Origin: Tubiluchus corallicola
Lineage: Eukaryota > Animalia > Priapulida
Assembly: GCA_030141605.1 (NCBI GenBank)
Contig: JAQGDQ010000014.1
Span: forward strand, 682,001 to 746,000
DNA: 64,000 nt
Direction of reading: 5' to 3'
Below the pieces are notes generated by a model. The model saw nothing but the letters and a program-made list of their open reading frames with translations, was not told the DNA's origin and did no database searches. Every line of letters begins with the position of its first letter. Position 1 is the stretch's first letter. A program made the position numbers and the translations under genes. This document shows positions 61,001-64,000 of the stretch, piece by piece.

Positions 61001-64000
61001 GATATATCAAAAAGAATTCCCAGAAGAATTTCAAAAAGCGTTTATATCATCTATTTCAAGATACTTCGCCTAAGATTATTATTTCTGTACTTTCATTTCA
61101 AAAATTGCTGCCGCACAAAACGCAATCATGCGATTATATTAGCTGCTTCACATGATGATTTATTTTTTGTATCAATTAGACTTTGCTGAATACAAAATAA
61201 CGCAAAAACTAAAACAGTCATGGTGAGAAGATGCTCGTTTTGTCTAAAAGTTATGAAACTTTGTTCATTGCTAGAACCCATCGTCGAAAATCCTCCAATA
61301 CGGCCACTATTTTTAAGATGATTGACAAGATGGCTGTCGCTAGTATAGAAAGGTCACATCTTAACTATTAGAACAGATAAGAATATAATTTTTGTATCTT
61401 AATATAGGCTTTTAAGATCAAAGAATTCACACAGCATCTGTTGCTTAAAAACACCTATGATATCAATTTAAAACTTCAAGATGGCTGCCAAGATCTATAA
61501 CTGCTTGTGTAATATAATATTAGCTACATTGCATGTTCTGAGGGATGACGATCTTATTATTTAGATATAGGTTTTAAAAGAAACGGATTTAGGGTAGTAT
61601 CCAGTATGGCCATATTACATGCTAGTGGCAAGATGACTGTCGCTGGCGCATGAAGCAAATGAACATAAGTTATTCAGTCAGCCACTCTAGAAAATATTAA
61701 TATATGCTACTAAAGAAAGGCCTAATAACAACGTAAAACTGGACGATGCCTTGGAAGAGCTGGAATCGCAAAGGTCAGCCATTGGCTCTGTCCTTTCCAT
61801 CAACCAGTTATAAGCCAGAGTATCCTCTCTGTCTTTTAACTCGCGGCCAGTATGTTTGCGGCATAACTCATTGTAATTGTTCAACCAGGTAATATGATGT
61901 TGGTTCAACAAAGATAACTTGATTAGTTTTGGTTCAAATGGAACAAAAGTAGCTGGTTCGAAAGTTATATAAGGAACGCCATCGAACGAATACATGGTAT
62001 CTGCGTAAACTGTGGTTATAATGGTCTCCAATCGCACTCCAAACTCTCCTGTCTCATAGTACCCAGGTTCATCTGACATAAACAGCCCAGGTTGAGTATG
62101 AGGATACAAAGCGGGTGATATGTTCTCTGACAAGTACAAATACGCTCCTACTCCATGGGAAGTACCATGTTTGTAATCAAGTCCATAACGCCACAAGTTA
62201 TACCTGGCAAATGCATCAACGGTACTGTACTTATTATCCGGGAAAACAAGAGAGGCATATTCAATAGCTCCCATTAAAACACGGGTGTAAGCTTCCATCT
62301 GAAAATCAGTCGGTGCTCCATAATGCATGGTTCTAGTAATATCTGTTGTGCAGTCAACATATTGTCCACCAGAATCGAGCAAGTACATCTCGTCTTTGGT
62401 AATATTTCTATTTGTTGAATTTTCTGATCGATAATGGATTATTGCACCATTTGTACCAACAGCAGATATCGCGCGAAAACTAAGACCCCTAAAATGCTGT
62501 TCTTCTGAGCGAAACTGCTCTAACTTGTCTTCAGCGGACAGCTCGCTCCACAAGCCACCTTTATTTATCTCATCTTCTAGAAAAGCAAGAAATCTCGACA
62601 AAGCGACTGAGTCACGAATGTGGCATCTCTTCATGCCAGCAATTTCAGTAGGATTTTTTACAGCTTTTCGATAAATAATTGGTGATTCGACAAGCAGTCG
62701 TGAATCCGCATCATAGACAGCATCATAGACAGCATAATTTGCTTTAGATGGCACAACTGTTATGTCATAGGCTTGGCTTAACTCCGCTATTTTGTCAAAT
62801 ATTTCGTGATACGTTTCAATTTGCACACACATGGAGGCATCCGGTGGTTTACAGTCAACGTTTAAGTGATCTTTTACCTCATCTGTTAGATCTGACTTTA
62901 TATGCAAGTATAACGCAGAAGAAGTCAGTATCATGTAACTATGAAACACTGGTCTGTAAGGAATGTCTGCACCTCTCAAATTCAGTGACCAAGCTATTTC
63001 GTCAAGCTCAGTAACAACTAGCATGACATTTCCGTATAAAGCTATATCTCCACGAAGTACTTCTATTTTGTCTTCCCATTTCACCCCTGCAAATGTCAAA
63101 TTATGCACCTCAATGTCATTCATGGGCTCAACCGGCTGGTCGTCAGACCATACCAAGTCAATTAGATTCTGTTGCTCAGGTATCAATTTTATTTCACTTA
63201 AGCTTAGAGTCGCTTCAATATTTAAGAAATAGCTGTACGTCACCAACTTTGGATCTATGCCAACTTCCTCACAAGATGCCAAATTGTCAGCTATCCACTG
63301 TTCAGGAGTTACATAACCAGAACTGTATTCCTCAAATATCTGCCAGTTGCAATTTGTAATTGTATGTAAAGAACACGACGTCCATATCGCCGAAATACAA
63401 ACTATGGTAAGAACAGTTTTCATTTTTGTCTGAAAGTTAGATTTAAAAAGCCCAGACTATCAATTCACTATTTTTGTAATAGTAATGGGAACCTTTGTAC
63501 TACTGGGTTCAACCGGGGAGTAAATATTGCAGCTTTAGTTTCGTTTACACGACGATATGATAAACAACACTTGAAAATGTCAAAGCTGGCTGATTAGTGT
63601 AGTGCAACACACATTAATATTGTAAGTTATTTTGTAAATGCCTGTTATCAGTATATAAAGAAAAACTACCTAAAGCCATGTAATCCTTCAATTCATTAAA
63701 CATTATAACTGAAAACTTCAACCGTAGATCCGAACGCTTCAAATAACACAATAATTTAACATTCAGTGTACCTCATGAATAAGTAAAGCAAATGTCTTAG
63801 TTGCAAATTTTCGATTTGTTTCCAGAATACATATCAAGCACTATAAACATGGGTAAAAAAACAAGTTTTTCAGCAAATATACTTACCTAGATGCCATTTT
63901 CCCACGATTCCAGATGTGTAACCTGCTTCATGCAGAGCTTCAGGTATTGTCGTTTCCTCTTTCGGTAAACCAACGTTGTGACCTGGTCCAAGCACGCGAG
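55093..64000 (-). CDS. Arylsulfatase paralog 2, 5' end outside window; exons 63887-64000(partial), 60141-60247, 59104-59332, 57907-58071, 56347-56517, 55093-55571
   Basis: Exon lengths 107/229/165/171/479 and phases identical to paralog 1; [12 protein letters not shown]...[32 protein letters not shown]. Confidence 0.95.
59700..59885 (+). mobile_element. CR1-like LINE 3' remnant
   Basis: [10 protein letters not shown] and [26 protein letters not shown]. Confidence 0.5.
60847..61000. repeat. (CA)n/(CACG)n compound microsatellite
   Basis: Direct reading. Confidence 0.95.
61300..61645. repeat. Degenerate interspersed repeat with three CAAGATG(G/A)CTG cores
   Basis: CAAGATGGCTGTC, CAAGATGGCTGCC and CAAGATGACTGTC spaced about 150 bp apart. 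Confidence 0.45.
61687..63423 (-). CDS. Xaa-Pro aminopeptidase (aminopeptidase P, M24B), secreted/GPI-anchored XPNPEP2-like, intronless, 578 aa
   Basis: Signal peptide; [72 protein letters not shown]; Ser-rich spacer plus hydrophobic C-terminus typical of a GPI signal. Confidence 0.95.
   Translation of the reverse strand: MKTVLTIVCISAIWTSCSLHTITNCNWQIFEEYSSGYVTPEQWIADNLASCEEVGIDPKLVTYSYFLNIEATLSLSEIKLIPEQQNLIDLVWSDDQPVEPMNDIEVHNLTFAGVKWEDKIEVLRGDIALYGNVMLVVTELDEIAWSLNLRGADIPYRPVFHSYMILTSSALYLHIKSDLTDEVKDHLNVDCKPPDASMCVQIETYHEIFDKIAELSQAYDITVVPSKANYAVYDAVYDADSRLLVESPIIYRKAVKNPTEIAGMKRCHIRDSVALSRFLAFLEDEINKGGLWSELSAEDKLEQFRSEEQHFRGLSFRAISAVGTNGAIIHYRSENSTNRNITKDEMYLLDSGGQYVDCTTDITRTMHYGAPTDFQMEAYTRVLMGAIEYASLVFPDNKYSTVDAFARYNLWRYGLDYKHGTSHGVGAYLYLSENISPALYPHTQPGLFMSDEPGYYETGEFGVRLETIITTVYADTMYSFDGVPYITFEPATFVPFEPKLIKLSLLNQHHITWLNNYNELCRKHTGRELKDREDTLAYNWLMERTEPMADLCDSSSSKASSSFTLLLGLSLVAYINIF

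Noticed and set aside
60647-61189. HT/AR-rich ORFs
   Set aside because: (CA)n/(CACG)n repeat translations.
63330-63887. Sulfatase-aminopeptidase fusion protein
   Set aside because: Phase-1 host donor joined to the 63430 acceptor is out of frame with the peptidase ORF.
14980-64000. A co-functional cell-surface gene cluster (integrins, Kazal, sulfatases, GPI peptidase)
   Set aside because: Animal gene neighbours need not be functionally linked and nothing in the sequence shows shared regulation; would need synteny and co-expression data.

Overview
AT-rich, repeat-rich genomic DNA from an invertebrate animal (spliceosomal GT-AG introns, integrins, and a nicotinamidase, which vertebrates lack); the species cannot be named from the sequence. 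Genes I can support: two tandem intronless integrin alpha genes of the RGD-binding PS2/alpha5 class (minus strand); the last three exons of a Naam/PNC1-type nicotinamidase (plus) whose 5' half I cannot find in the window; a complete 4-exon, two-domain Kazal inhibitor (plus); two tandem sea-urchin-ARS-like arylsulfatases (minus; one complete with 7 coding exons, one cut by the window end); and an intronless, probably GPI-anchored aminopeptidase P-like gene nested on the same strand inside an intron of the second arylsulfatase. The remainder is microsatellites, decayed LINEs (CR1/RTE-like), SINEs, Kolobok-, Harbinger- and Helentron-type non-autonomous elements and Penelope-type minimal hammerhead motifs. 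The most unusual observations are the same-strand nested and structurally altered aminopeptidase, the intronless integrin pair, the headless nicotinamidase with a transposon-borne in-frame ATG exon, and a CxAxR sulfatase motif. All exon boundaries and translations were read by eye; no searches were run.
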